Shown piece after piece: positions 38,054 through 46,850 of a DNA stretch of 64,000 nt (position 1 is its first letter; the number at the start of each line of letters is the position of its first letter). The position numbers were made by a program, and so were the translations under genes. This DNA is from a virus. The stretch spans positions 1-64,000 of IMG/VR virus record IMGVR_UViG_3300035180_002250; one strand, written 5' to 3'. The notes below the pieces were generated by a model. It ran no database searches, was not told where the DNA came from, and saw nothing but the letters and a program-made list of their open reading frames with translations.

Positions 38054-38617
38054 ATGTTTCATCAAATCAACCCATATCTGAATGAATTTTTTAGCCTCGA
38101 CTGCGCACCAGATATCGTGGGTTTAAAGCTGTTCCCAAATTTAAAAGAAGTTACTGAGAGTATGGGGGCATTTTATGCAGTCCAAAAATATATTTTGGAC
38201 AATAACTATCAACTGTTCAAAAATCCCAAAATAGTGGTTATCTCAGTAGGTGATGGATCAACTCCAAGGACAGCAGCATTATTTGCTTTTAGAACCAATT
38301 GGGATTGCTATAGCATCGATCCAATGCTGCATACTGAAAGAGAAGAATTTAAAATGATCCAGCGTCTTACCATGATTAAGGATAAAGTTGAAAACGTTAA
38401 ACTTGACCTCTCTAATTATGAGAATGTGATAATCCTGATGGTGCATTCCCATGCAGGGCTAAAAAGAACCTTAAATGCTTTGCAACATAAAAATAGATCG
38501 CTTGTAACTATTCCGTGTTGTGTACCGCATGAAATAGCAGACCAACCCTATATTGGATATGTTGATACATCCATTGCTACAGCTAAAAACACAGTTAAAA
38601 TTTGGAGGAATATATGA
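38054..38617 (+). CDS. Putative SAM-dependent methyltransferase-fold protein
   Basis: VISVGDGSTPRTA..WDCYSIDP..KVE..HSHA..IPCC. Confidence 0.5.
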   Translation: MFHQINPYLNEFFSLDCAPDIVGLKLFPNLKEVTESMGAFYAVQKYILDNNYQLFKNPKIVVISVGDGSTPRTAALFAFRTNWDCYSIDPMLHTEREEFKMIQRLTMIKDKVENVKLDLSNYENVIILMVHSHAGLKRTLNALQHKNRSLVTIPCCVPHEIADQPYIGYVDTSIATAKNTVKIWRNI

Positions 38618-39111
38618 TGAAATGCAAAGAGTTACAAGCAACTTTAATTAACAACGAATGGGAAATTATCTCAACCGATATACCTGGGGAAAGAGTTATG
38701 CCCAAGAAGGGGTACCAAGGACCACACATTATAACTCCTACTAAACTTACCATGTATTATAACTATGACCCAAATGGTGATGGATCGGAGCACAAAAAAT
38801 ATAAGACAATGTTGATGAAATACATATTAACAATGTCTTATAAAAAACTGGCGGCGCTTGAGGATGAAAGAAATACAATTGTTAACGCACTGGATAACAT
38901 AGCAGAGATTCCACTATATGCAGTAAGGAAATGCAAAAGCAAAAAATGTGATAAGTGTGTTGGGTACACTCATGCATCACAAGATGGTTATTCTATTTTT
39001 TGTTCATCACAGAAAATAGATTCAAACTGGGACATTACGCATAACGCACAGGACGGCATTATCACCTGTCCAAAGTGTCTTGAAATCATGGTTTTAAATA
39101 AAATTGGATAA
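38602..39111 (+). CDS. Hypothetical protein with Cys/His motifs
   Basis: CDKC, TH, ITCPKC; start probably near 38614. Confidence 0.65.
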   Translation: MEEYMMKCKELQATLINNEWEIISTDIPGERVMPKKGYQGPHIITPTKLTMYYNYDPNGDGSEHKKYKTMLMKYILTMSYKKLAALEDERNTIVNALDNIAEIPLYAVRKCKSKKCDKCVGYTHASQDGYSIFCSSQKIDSNWDITHNAQDGIITCPKCLEIMVLNKIG

Positions 39112-39116
39112 ACACA

Positions 39117-39305
39117 ATGATAGATATGACATATTGCATGAATGAATCATGCCCAAGGATCGAAACATGTAAAAGATTTATTGGGAATATTGAAGGTGTC
39201 TATACAAATAATTATTTATCACAAGCCTATTTTGAACATAAACATGGGCGTTGTGAGTATTTTATTGAACTGTTGAAACCCTTTGAAAAGGAGACTAAAC
39301 CATGA
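39117..39305 (+). CDS. Small Cys-rich phage protein
   Basis: DMTYC..CP..TCKRF..CEYF. Confidence 0.65.
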   Translation: MIDMTYCMNESCPRIETCKRFIGNIEGVYTNNYLSQAYFEHKHGRCEYFIELLKPFEKETKP

Positions 39306-39577
39306 GTGGAGGGCACTTTGATTATGTACAACACAGACTGGATCGTGTTGTTGATCAGATTCAAGAATTGATTGACAACAACAATGTGGAAGATGAATTG
39401 GGTTATGCAAGTGATTACTCCAAAGAAACATTAGATAAATTTCGAGAAGCCGTAGAGATTATTACCAAGGCGAGCAATATGATCCATCGGATCGATTATC
39501 TAGTATCGGGTGATGATGGTGAGGATACGTTTAATAAGAAATGGAGCGGAGAAAAAGGATCGCACAATGAAACTTGA
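39302..39577 (+). CDS. Conserved phage hypothetical protein
   Basis: MSGGHFDY...IDYLVSGDDGE; RBS AAGGAG. Confidence 0.7.
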   Translation: MSGGHFDYVQHRLDRVVDQIQELIDNNNVEDELGYASDYSKETLDKFREAVEIITKASNMIHRIDYLVSGDDGEDTFNKKWSGEKGSHNET

Positions 39578-40155
39578 ACTTTGAACTCAAAATATCAATT
39601 GTCAAACGAACAATTGCACTCAATACTGGAAATTCTGGAAGCATAATGCACATGAAAGGAAATGAGACAATGTATATCCGAAATAATTACAATAACTCTA
39701 AAGCCATTTGGTTTATGGTTATATGTATTAACATGACGACAATTTCGGTTATTCTTCTTGGTTGTTACTTCAAGTTGGCCAGTATTGACAAATCTCTGAT
39801 TAAACAGACTCAGATGATGAAAGATGAGATGGAAGAAATCAACGTGCCGGAGGAAGACATAGCCCCTGAAGTTGGAACAACAAGGCTTGTCATTACGGCC
39901 TACACTGCCGATAAGCCAGGCAAGCTAACAGCTATAGCCATCAAGCCTACCCCAGGTTGGACATGTGCTGTCAGTCGGGACATGGCCCACTGGCTCGGTG
40001 GGAAGGTGTGGATCGAAGGTATTGGAGTGCGACATGTGCCCGATTTTACACACGAGCACATTCGCAATCGTGTAAATGCCCTGGTCGGAAAGCGTCAGGA
40101 AGTAGTGTACATCGGAGACACTGAGAGGAAAGTGGTCTTTCTTGGGAAAGGATGA
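39574..40155 (+). CDS. Membrane-anchored 3D-domain (MltA-like) protein, possibly degenerate
   Basis: TM segment; ITAYT..TA..GWTCAVSRD..GKVWIEGIG.R.VPD; start likely near 39670. Confidence 0.6.
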   Translation: MNFELKISIVKRTIALNTGNSGSIMHMKGNETMYIRNNYNNSKAIWFMVICINMTTISVILLGCYFKLASIDKSLIKQTQMMKDEMEEINVPEEDIAPEVGTTRLVITAYTADKPGKLTAIAIKPTPGWTCAVSRDMAHWLGGKVWIEGIGVRHVPDFTHEHIRNRVNALVGKRQEVVYIGDTERKVVFLGKG

Positions 40156-40161
40156 ATCAAA

Positions 40162-40398
40162 ATGGCAAATTTTGCTAACATCAAATTTTATGACATCGAT
40201 CTGGGAATTAAATATGATTTTCGAATGGTGTACAGAGGCGGAAAAAAGGTCGGACCGGAATTGGTTATTGATGATATCCTTGTAGGTGGTAAATCAATAA
40301 TTTCCATAGTTGACCCAGACTTAATCATTGATATTGAAGACATAATTCTCAAACAAATAGAAGATAATCAAATAACAAAGGAGGTATCCAATGGATAG
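40162..40398 (+). CDS. Hypothetical protein
   Basis: 78-aa ORF in a tightly packed run. Confidence 0.6.
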   Translation: MANFANIKFYDIDLGIKYDFRMVYRGGKKVGPELVIDDILVGGKSIISIVDPDLIIDIEDIILKQIEDNQITKEVSNG

Positions 40399-40762
40399 AG
40401 CAATGATTGATTGGTTGTTGCATGATATTGATAATTTTCAGATTGAATTGGGCAGAACTGTTTTAGGCGAGCATGATTCAATCTATTATGAAACAAAACG
40501 AGTACTCTACAGACTTTCTGAAAGTTTAGCCCATGAAGATTGGTTGGGAACAATTATCGCTTATAATCAGATTAAATCGATTTACGAGATTTTAACTGAT
40601 TTATGTACAAAAGATAATCAACTTAGTGAAATCAGATACAGATTAAACTCTATCCTATATATATTAGGAGGATATGTTGATTTGTTAGAGAAAACAATCC
40701 ATGAAATTTTGAAAAAAGAAAAAGAAAATGGACAAGAACACGATTCAATCATTATTGAATGA
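40391..40762 (+). CDS. Hypothetical protein, paralogue of 40728
   Basis: Shares LL.DI..H..Y..SL..DWLG with the next ORF; RBS GGAGG. Confidence 0.7.
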   Translation: MDRAMIDWLLHDIDNFQIELGRTVLGEHDSIYYETKRVLYRLSESLAHEDWLGTIIAYNQIKSIYEILTDLCTKDNQLSEIRYRLNSILYILGGYVDLLEKTIHEILKKEKENGQEHDSIIIE

Positions 40763-41039
40763 TATTGAAAAGATCAAATATAAATTGATGACTGTTCCTG
40801 CGGATCAACACACTCCAGTATATTGGGGAGCTGTGAGGTCGGTAATACGAATATCCAGCTCTTTAGAACAAGGGGATTGGCTTGGAATTGTTGTTGGTTG
40901 GTATGAATTGAAGGCAGTGCTCTCCATCCAACTTCTGTATTTAATCGAAGATGATCGGTCTTCTGATGTTTGGATGGAGATTGAAAACATTATTGGTGAC
41001 TATTACCCACGGCTAAAGCCAGGGGCTTCTATGGCATAG
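40728..41039 (+). CDS. Hypothetical protein truncated by a 54-bp IS-end insertion
   Basis: Removing 40998-41051 restores a frame to TAA 41109-41111, next to the following start. Confidence 0.7.
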   Translation: MDKNTIQSLLNDIEKIKYKLMTVPADQHTPVYWGAVRSVIRISSSLEQGDWLGIVVGWYELKAVLSIQLLYLIEDDRSSDVWMEIENIIGDYYPRLKPGASMA

Positions 41040-41052
41040 CCAATGGACTGTA
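40996..41052 (-). mobile_element. IS200/IS605 right-end stub
   Basis: Near-identical to 43993-44049 (GTGACTA..CC.CGGCTAAAGCCAGGGGCTTCTATGGCATA.CCAATGGACTGTA). Confidence 0.9.
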
Positions 41053-41112
41053 ATACAGATAGAATTATCTGGAATATGTATTACCCAGAACGTTTTCGGA
41101 AAGGAGACTAAA

Positions 41113-41316
41113 ATGAGTAGCGATATATTCACAATATCACAGGATTATGGCAAAAGTATAATGACGACCTTGAAGGATACAATGGCTGAAGCCTGGAAAG
41201 TGAAGGCCAGCAAGTGTCCCTGTAAAGGAGGTCTTCCTCCAAAATTTGTGTGCATGATGACCTACCAGGATTGTGAAATGAATGGCTGTCCATTCGTGTT
41301 ATGGGGGTGCCTATGA
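41113..41316 (+). CDS. Small Cys-rich protein, paralogue of 45355
   Basis: WKVKASKCPC vs WKAKASKCPAC. Confidence 0.65.
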   Translation: MSSDIFTISQDYGKSIMTTLKDTMAEAWKVKASKCPCKGGLPPKFVCMMTYQDCEMNGCPFVLWGCL

Positions 41317-41561
41317 AATACAATGTAATTACAATCAACGCACGGAATAACAAATGGTTTGCTAGTTTCAACAAGGTAGCATTTAATAGAGTTAAAAGGA
41401 AAACAAAACCAAACCCTTTTGGTTTCTATTATTTTCCTGATGAAATACCTGTTGAGCAAGCATTTCAAGAACTAAAGGATGTGATGATTAGAGCTCACAA
41501 AGAAAGGATAGACGAATTAACTAAAAGTCTTGATGAATTAAAGAAATTGACATTAACTTGA
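41301..41561 (+). CDS. Hypothetical protein
   Basis: ORF in a tightly packed plus-strand run; start probably ATG 41313. Confidence 0.6.
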   Translation: MGVPMKYNVITINARNNKWFASFNKVAFNRVKRKTKPNPFGFYYFPDEIPVEQAFQELKDVMIRAHKERIDELTKSLDELKKLTLT

Positions 41562-41770
41562 TAATAAGGATAAAATTCATGCCAAAATACATACATACTA
41601 TCCAATCTGATAATAAGAATAGCGGAGTAGATATAAAATATAATGATAAAGATAAAACCATTACTATTTCTGGCTGGTATGATGGGATGGTAGGGATTGA
41701 ACCGATTGTGATGCCTGTTGAGGACTTTCTTGAAAAGCTACACATCAACAAGAAACGTAAAAATCTATAA
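41558..41770 (+). CDS. Hypothetical protein
   Basis: 70-aa ORF in the same run. Confidence 0.55.
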   Translation: MIIRIKFMPKYIHTIQSDNKNSGVDIKYNDKDKTITISGWYDGMVGIEPIVMPVEDFLEKLHINKKRKNL

Positions 41771-41772
41771 TT

Positions 41773-42042
41773 TTGTTAAAAGGGGGCTTAAAAATGAAAA
41801 TTTATCGTGTCGAGATGCTTAGATTTAATGATCTACTTCTGTATCATTATTGCATAGGTGTTTTTTCAACACTGGAACAAGCTCGAAAAATTGGACGATC
41901 AGAAGAAAAATTACGAGGTGGGAAATATACAGCCCGTATTTATGAAATGGAAGTCGGTAAAGAGTACTACAAAGTACATGATGAAGTGCCAAAGGAATAT
42001 ACAACAAGCGTAGAGGATTGTGATGAGAAAAGAAACAATTGA
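41773..42042 (+). CDS. Hypothetical phage protein
   Basis: IGVFSTLEQA motif common in small phage proteins; start probably ATG 41794. Confidence 0.6.
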   Translation: MLKGGLKMKIYRVEMLRFNDLLLYHYCIGVFSTLEQARKIGRSEEKLRGGKYTARIYEMEVGKEYYKVHDEVPKEYTTSVEDCDEKRNN

Positions 42043-42205
42043 GGTTGATGAAAAGTATTACTGCCCTATTGCAGATACTGATGATTTGGAATATTTAGCG
42101 GCGTTGGGATGGAATATACAGACTATCAAAATGCCAGATGGTACTAACAAAGTAGCTATCGAATTAGAAGGAGACAGGACAGCTAAAAAAATAAATAACA
42201 ATTAA
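42020..42205 (+). CDS. Hypothetical protein
   Basis: 61-aa ORF with RBS GAGG. Confidence 0.5.
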   Translation: MMRKETIEVDEKYYCPIADTDDLEYLAALGWNIQTIKMPDGTNKVAIELEGDRTAKKINNN

Positions 42206-42390
42206 TGAAGTATTGGAGGTACATACGAAATGCTGAAAAAGATTAAAAAATTCTTCTACAACGTAGAAACCAAACTTTATAATAGTAAATTTTGGTTTTG
42301 GGTATATTATTCACATACTAAAAAACATAAACAAGAGTGCGAGAATGTGTTAAATGGTGTTTTAGAAATTAGAAAAAGAGTGATCGGAAG

Positions 42391-42600
42391 ATGATAAGAG
42401 AGATGACTAACTTCATTTACACATCTAAAAATGAGTTGATCCCAGTATTTGGTATCAATGGATGCGTAGATCACATCCGGGGTAACCTATGGTTAGTTAA
42501 CAGAGTCAAACTTGTGAAAGGTGTTGGATTTGTGGCAACTCCTGACCGTATTGTTGAAGGTGAATTATGGGAAACTTTTGAAAAGGAGGATAAACAATGA
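42391..42600 (+). CDS. Hypothetical protein
   Basis: 69-aa ORF overlapping the next start. Confidence 0.5.
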   Translation: MIREMTNFIYTSKNELIPVFGINGCVDHIRGNLWLVNRVKLVKGVGFVATPDRIVEGELWETFEKEDKQ

Positions 42601-42746
42601 GTGGTGGGTACTTTAATTACGTCCAGTACAGGCTTTCGGATGTTGTTGATCAGATTCAAGAATTGATCAACAACAACAATGTGAAACTTGTATCGGGTGA
42701 TGATGGTGGGGAAACGTTTAATAAGAAATGGAGTGTGAATAATTGA
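42597..42746 (+). pseudogene. Internally deleted in-frame copy of ORF 39302
   Basis: MSGGYFNYVQYRLSDVVDQIQELINNNNVK|LVSGDDGGETFNKKWS; about 40 codons missing; RBS retained. Confidence 0.75.
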
Positions 42747-42753
42747 GGCACAC

Positions 42754-43341
42754 ATGAGAACAAAAAAATACCAATTGGTTGGAATTCCTTTTAAGCATCG
42801 ATATGTTCCACCACCGAAAGCTAAAAAATTGGTGTTAAATAAAGATTTAATAATGAATGTATATACTGATAATTATTTTAGCAATGGGTATTATTCAGTA
42901 GAGTTTAAAAGCGCTGGACTTGAAAGAAAGATATTTAATACCACTTCGGAAAAGTATGCCGAATACAATAAAATTTTATTAACAACAACGTTTGAGGAAT
43001 ATAACATCCCAGAAAGTGACTATACCAGAGTTGAGATATCTGGTTATATAATAGACTCTGAAAATGCTATTATTCCAAAGATTAAACAAGGTAAAGATAA
43101 ACAGGATGAAATATTATTTATTAGTTTAAAGGGTAGGAATAAAAATATATTTTATAACAAGGAGTATATTGACTCAGTTTTAAAATTGCATCCAAGTTCT
43201 GAAATGTATTTGCGAACTAAAGATATCCATAGTAAAGGGTATAGTAAATCAATATTAGTTTTTAAGAATAAAAACGAAATTGTTGGATTAGTAGCTCCGA
43301 TATTAACAGATAACACTAAGTTAAAATTTGTTAGAAGTTAG
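42754..43341 (+). CDS. Hypothetical protein
   Basis: 195 aa; C-terminal IVGLVAPI loosely recalls clamp-fold phage proteins. Confidence 0.65.
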   Translation: MRTKKYQLVGIPFKHRYVPPPKAKKLVLNKDLIMNVYTDNYFSNGYYSVEFKSAGLERKIFNTTSEKYAEYNKILLTTTFEEYNIPESDYTRVEISGYIIDSENAIIPKIKQGKDKQDEILFISLKGRNKNIFYNKEYIDSVLKLHPSSEMYLRTKDIHSKGYSKSILVFKNKNEIVGLVAPILTDNTKLKFVRS

Positions 43342-43393
43342 AAATAGTTATTTATTATATTATTATAAAATAAAAAGGAGAGGAGAAATTACC

Positions 43394-43729
43394 ATGAATT
43401 GCAAAGAAGAATTTTTAAATACAATAAAAACAAAGCCAAAGGTTATTTGGTCAGTTATTTACGCTGGAATCAGTTATAACAAGAGGCTTATAAATATTCT
43501 GACTCCTGGGTATACTGACGACGATTTCAAGATATTTTTGGATAAACTTAATTTTGAATATGATAATGGATATGGTCTTCAGATGATTTATGGATATATC
43601 ATATACGAAGATAACTCTTGGTCTGAACGGTACTCTTACGACGGAGAAGAGTGCTGGTCTTACAAAAAGACTCCAAAGTTTTCTGAGGATATAGATGTTT
43701 TCTTTGATCCATGTCACGACTGTGGATGA
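43394..43729 (+). CDS. YD.GYG.Q family paralogue D
   Basis: Start ATG 43394 (RBS AGGAG); FEYDNGYGLQMIYGYIIYEDNSWSERYSYDGEECW. Confidence 0.75.
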   Translation: MNCKEEFLNTIKTKPKVIWSVIYAGISYNKRLINILTPGYTDDDFKIFLDKLNFEYDNGYGLQMIYGYIIYEDNSWSERYSYDGEECWSYKKTPKFSEDIDVFFDPCHDCG

Positions 43730-43753
43730 AGTCTAATCAGAGGGAGGAGACTA

Positions 43754-43996
43754 ATGAATCTAGAAGAGTATTCCAAAAAATTAGGGCTTAAAAGAACCAT
43801 GACGGTAGAGGAACTGATTGAATCCCACATGCGTTTAGTGGAGGAACTCAATCAATCATCTAGAAAGGAATTCAAAGAAAATTTACATAAAGCTTACCAA
43901 CAAGCGTATCAAGATGGGCTGAGCGCAAAATTCATTGCAATCGATAAGTTACTGACTATGACTATTTCGGAGTTTATAAAAGAATTTAAGGAGTGA
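43754..43996 (+). CDS. Hypothetical protein; stop codon supplied by the IS right end
   Basis: 80 aa; RBS GGAGG; TGA overlaps the terminal GTGA of the element. Confidence 0.7.
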   Translation: MNLEEYSKKLGLKRTMTVEELIESHMRLVEELNQSSRKEFKENLHKAYQQAYQDGLSAKFIAIDKLLTMTISEFIKEFKE

Positions 43997-45133
43997 CTAC
44001 TCCCCCCGGCTAAAGCCAGGGGCTTCTATGGCATACCCAATGGACTGTAGCCCCAGTCCCAAGATGTTGATAGCGGCATTGACATCGCGGCTTAATTCGA
44101 GGTCACAGACAGGACAATGGAAGATACGATCAGACAAAGTGAGCTTATGCCTGGTTCCACATTTACTGCATGTCTGCGAGGTGTAGGCGGGGTTCACCTT
44201 AATTACTCTTTTGCCAGCTTCTTCCGCTTTGCAATCGAGCAGATCAAGGAACATCCGCCATGCCGCATCGCCAATGCTTTTGTTGAGACCATGAAACTTG
44301 TTTTGCTTCATCTTGTTGATAGACAGGTCTTCAACGACTATCGTATTAAATTGATTGACCAGTTTCCGGGATTCTTGATGAACGAAATTTTCACGTTTCC
44401 ATTTGATTCTTTCGTGAATGCGCGAAACAACTTTTCGGGCTTTATGCCTTGCTGCGCTACCTTTCTCTTTGGAGGAAAGTTTCCGTTGAGCTTGCGTAAG
44501 GGCATCTTCCTCTTCTCGAAAGAATCGAGGATTTTTGATTGGTTCAGTGTCATCCGAACGAGTTGCAAATGTTTCAAGACCCATATCAATACCGATAGCT
44601 GGTTCAATGGGCTGTTCAATAGGATGATATTCAATATCACAGGCAAAGGTGACAAACCATTTACCTGTGGGGGTTCTTCTGATGGTGCATGTCTTGATTT
44701 TGCCTTCAATATCCCGGTGTTTGAGGATTTTGAGTTTACCAATCTTCGAGATATGCAGAAAGTCATCAAGCCGAAACCCTGCCTGCGGGAAGGTGAAGCT
44801 GTCGTACCTGTTTGTTCCACGGAATCGAGGATAACCAGGGGTCTCTCCATTTTTAACTCTTCTGAAAAACGACCTGAACGCAAGATCAATACGCACAGCG
44901 ACATTTTGAAGAACCTGGCTATGTATATCCTTCAGAAAAGGATGCTCTTCTTTCAAAAGTGGAAGTGTTACTGTTTGTTCATAGCGAGAAAGGCTTTTCT
45001 TTTCAGTTTCCCAAGATGTTTTACGTTCATCAAGGAAATGATTATACAACCATCGGCAACCATCAAGAGTCTTTTCAAGAAGAGTCTTTTGGCTTTTGGT
45101 TGGGTAAATTCTGTATTTAAAAGTCTTTCTCAT
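43997..45133 (-). CDS. tnpB: RNA-guided endonuclease TnpB
   Basis: YRIYPT HTH; RuvC-I IGIDMG, RuvC-II VVEDL, Zn finger CSKC/CPVC, RuvC-III RDVNAAINI; catalytic residues intact. Confidence 0.96.
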   Translation of the reverse strand: MRKTFKYRIYPTKSQKTLLEKTLDGCRWLYNHFLDERKTSWETEKKSLSRYEQTVTLPLLKEEHPFLKDIHSQVLQNVAVRIDLAFRSFFRRVKNGETPGYPRFRGTNRYDSFTFPQAGFRLDDFLHISKIGKLKILKHRDIEGKIKTCTIRRTPTGKWFVTFACDIEYHPIEQPIEPAIGIDMGLETFATRSDDTEPIKNPRFFREEEDALTQAQRKLSSKEKGSAARHKARKVVSRIHERIKWKRENFVHQESRKLVNQFNTIVVEDLSINKMKQNKFHGLNKSIGDAAWRMFLDLLDCKAEEAGKRVIKVNPAYTSQTCSKCGTRHKLTLSDRIFHCPVCDLELSRDVNAAINILGLGLQSIGYAIEAPGFSRGE

Positions 45134-45140
45134 AGTGGTT

Positions 45141-45211
45141 GTGACTATTCCCCACGGTTAAATCCAGGGGTTTCTATGGTGTAGCCAATGGACTGTAGTC
45201 CCAGTCCCAAG
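45141..45211 (-). mobile_element. Second right-end/omegaRNA stub immediately upstream of tnpB
   Basis: About 70-bp copy of 43993-44063, flanked on the minus strand by duplicated AACCACT. Confidence 0.9.
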
Positions 45212-45354
45212 TGGTTATACACTAATCATGTTCATGTATAATGTCAAGTTTTTTTCGCCTTATATCAACATGTCTAAAGTCAGGGGGTTTACGGAGTTTC
45301 TTCGGATAATAAAAATCTTTGTACACACACAACTAAACCAAAGGAGGAATAATA

Positions 45355-45594
45355 ATGTCGGATAATAAGATTTCTTTTGATATTAATGCATGGGCATCAA
45401 CAAAATGCCCTACGGTTATGTTTAGACTCAAAAAACCATCCAGGAGCCGTGAAGATGATTTTCAGGAATGGTGGAAAGCAAAGGCTTCTAAGTGTCCAGC
45501 GTGTTTAAAGGATAATACTTGCAATATTTCCAATGAACCCTGCCAAGTGAATAAATGTTTTTATTTATTTGTGAATGATATTGAACCGTTGTAA
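45355..45594 (+). CDS. Small Cys-rich protein, paralogue of 41113
   Basis: RBS AAGGAGG; shared motif. Confidence 0.65.
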   Translation: MSDNKISFDINAWASTKCPTVMFRLKKPSRSREDDFQEWWKAKASKCPACLKDNTCNISNEPCQVNKCFYLFVNDIEPL

Positions 45595-45613
45595 TTCTAC
45601 GTTTTGGTTTTGA

Positions 45614-45805
45614 TCAGTCAAGGTCTTGTTTATAGTCCTTGACGACATCTTCGTATTCTCTAATATGGTCCTTCTCAAGATCACTCTTTCGTCCCCTCCA
45701 GTCCCTGTACCACTTGATTATCTTATTCACAGGGACTGTGAGGGTCACTCCATCTTTCCTAGGATTTCCTGCTGGATCAGTGTCATACTCATTATTACTG
45801 CCCAT
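45614..45805 (-). CDS. Hypothetical protein (end of lysis cassette)
   Basis: 63 aa; RBS GGAG; overlaps the upstream stop. Confidence 0.55.
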   Translation of the reverse strand: MGSNNEYDTDPAGNPRKDGVTLTVPVNKIIKWYRDWRGRKSDLEKDHIREYEDVVKDYKQDLD

Positions 45806-46007
45806 TACAATCTCCCAACTTATCCGGTACTTTCCCAGTTCTGAGAACTGACCATACCTGAGAGAGAAGCGTTACGATCTTGTCGTCCTTAACATTTGGA
45901 GTAATGATCGCCACCCCTTTGAGCAGCGTGAGAAACAAGTAGAGCGTCATCCAATTCCCACCAATAAACTCTAAGATATACTTGTCTAATGAAATCATTG
46001 CGAGCAC
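45795..46007 (-). CDS. Small membrane protein, holin-like
   Basis: Hydrophobic helix then ITPNVKDDKI; downstream of the hydrolase. Confidence 0.55.
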   Translation of the reverse strand: MLAMISLDKYILEFIGGNWMTLYLFLTLLKGVAIITPNVKDDKIVTLLSQVWSVLRTGKVPDKLGDCNGQ

Positions 46008-46052
46008 CTCAGATTGTTATAATTTTTTTTTAACAAAATAGTATATTATTTA

Positions 46053-46490
46053 TCAAGTCTTCTTAACATCAATAGTTGGATCGTGATAGAAGACATGCTT
46101 ACCTATCTGAGCTAGTTTTATAAACCTCTTGGCCCATTTGGGGGAAATGTTTGCTGTATGGTAATGAGTCGGATGCCCAGATACATTCATAGTATGCCCA
46201 AGCAAGATGTCCGATGCTATTGCTCTGCAACTCTTCCAATCAGCAGTGTTCTGCTCCTTTTCCAGAACAATATCATCTTTGTTGTGATCTTGCCAGCACG
46301 TGAACTGACGATCAGCCAAACAAACCTCTCTAAAATTTCTTCCCCACCAACCAGGATTTTGCACCCTTGTTAAAACAGTGAGGCCCACCCATATTTTGCC
46401 CTCTGTTGGTTCTCCTCTGGCCTCCCCGACGATGGTTCCGGTAAGGATATCTAACTCGTTCCACGATTCGAATCCCTCGACAAGTTTCAT
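46053..46490 (-). CDS. Cell wall hydrolase, SleB/Hydrolase_2 family (endolysin candidate)
   Basis: TIVGEARGEP..G..V..TR, QFTCW, THYH..P.W..IGKHVFY. Confidence 0.9.
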   Translation of the reverse strand: MKLVEGFESWNELDILTGTIVGEARGEPTEGKIWVGLTVLTRVQNPGWWGRNFREVCLADRQFTCWQDHNKDDIVLEKEQNTADWKSCRAIASDILLGHTMNVSGHPTHYHTANISPKWAKRFIKLAQIGKHVFYHDPTIDVKKT

Positions 46491-46499
46491 ATTAAACCC

Positions 46500-46850
46500 C
46501 TATTTGTCGGTTATCCTTCTTCTCATTCCAGTATTCTGTCTTCGCCTTTCATCCAATCTAAAGAACTTTTTTGTTACATGGGAACAGTAAGCGATTAATG
46601 GGATGATGATAAAATACTGTTTGATATGCATATACCAATTGTAAATATCGGTCAGGCTGTCACCATTAAAGTATCTATGATAGAGGTACCACGATCCAGC
46701 CGAACTAATGCACAAACCAAACATCAAGCCACAAGTAATTTTATAAATTGGAGTTGGGGAACCTTCAGACAACCACCACCAAAGAAAAATTACAAACAGG
46801 TATCCACTAAGTATTGCTGTTACAAGGTAAAGTAATTGGACATGCTCCAT
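46500..46850 (-). CDS. Three-TM membrane protein
   Basis: Three hydrophobic segments and a basic C-terminal tail. Confidence 0.65.
   Translation of the reverse strand: MEHVQLLYLVTAILSGYLFVIFLWWWLSEGSPTPIYKITCGLMFGLCISSAGSWYLYHRYFNGDSLTDIYNWYMHIKQYFIIIPLIAYCSHVTKKFFRLDERRRQNTGMRRRITDK

Larger units (their letters stand above)
43993..45305 (-). mobile_element. tnpB-only IS200/IS605 (IS1341-type) element
   Basis: Right end ..GAAGCCCCTGGCTTTAGCCGGGGGGAGTAGTCAC; left end CCGAAG..AAACCCCCTGACTTTAG preceded by TTAT; no tnpA in the window. Confidence 0.85.

Noticed and set aside
41037-41039. In-frame TAG as evidence of stop-codon reassignment
   Set aside because: The TAG lies within the inserted IS stub, and long genes are intact under the standard bacterial code.
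44117-45184. 355-aa plus-strand ORF
   Set aside because: Antisense shadow of tnpB with no recognisable motifs; the same applies to the many short antisense ORFs over nrdJ, gyrB, the RNAP genes and the MITK genes.
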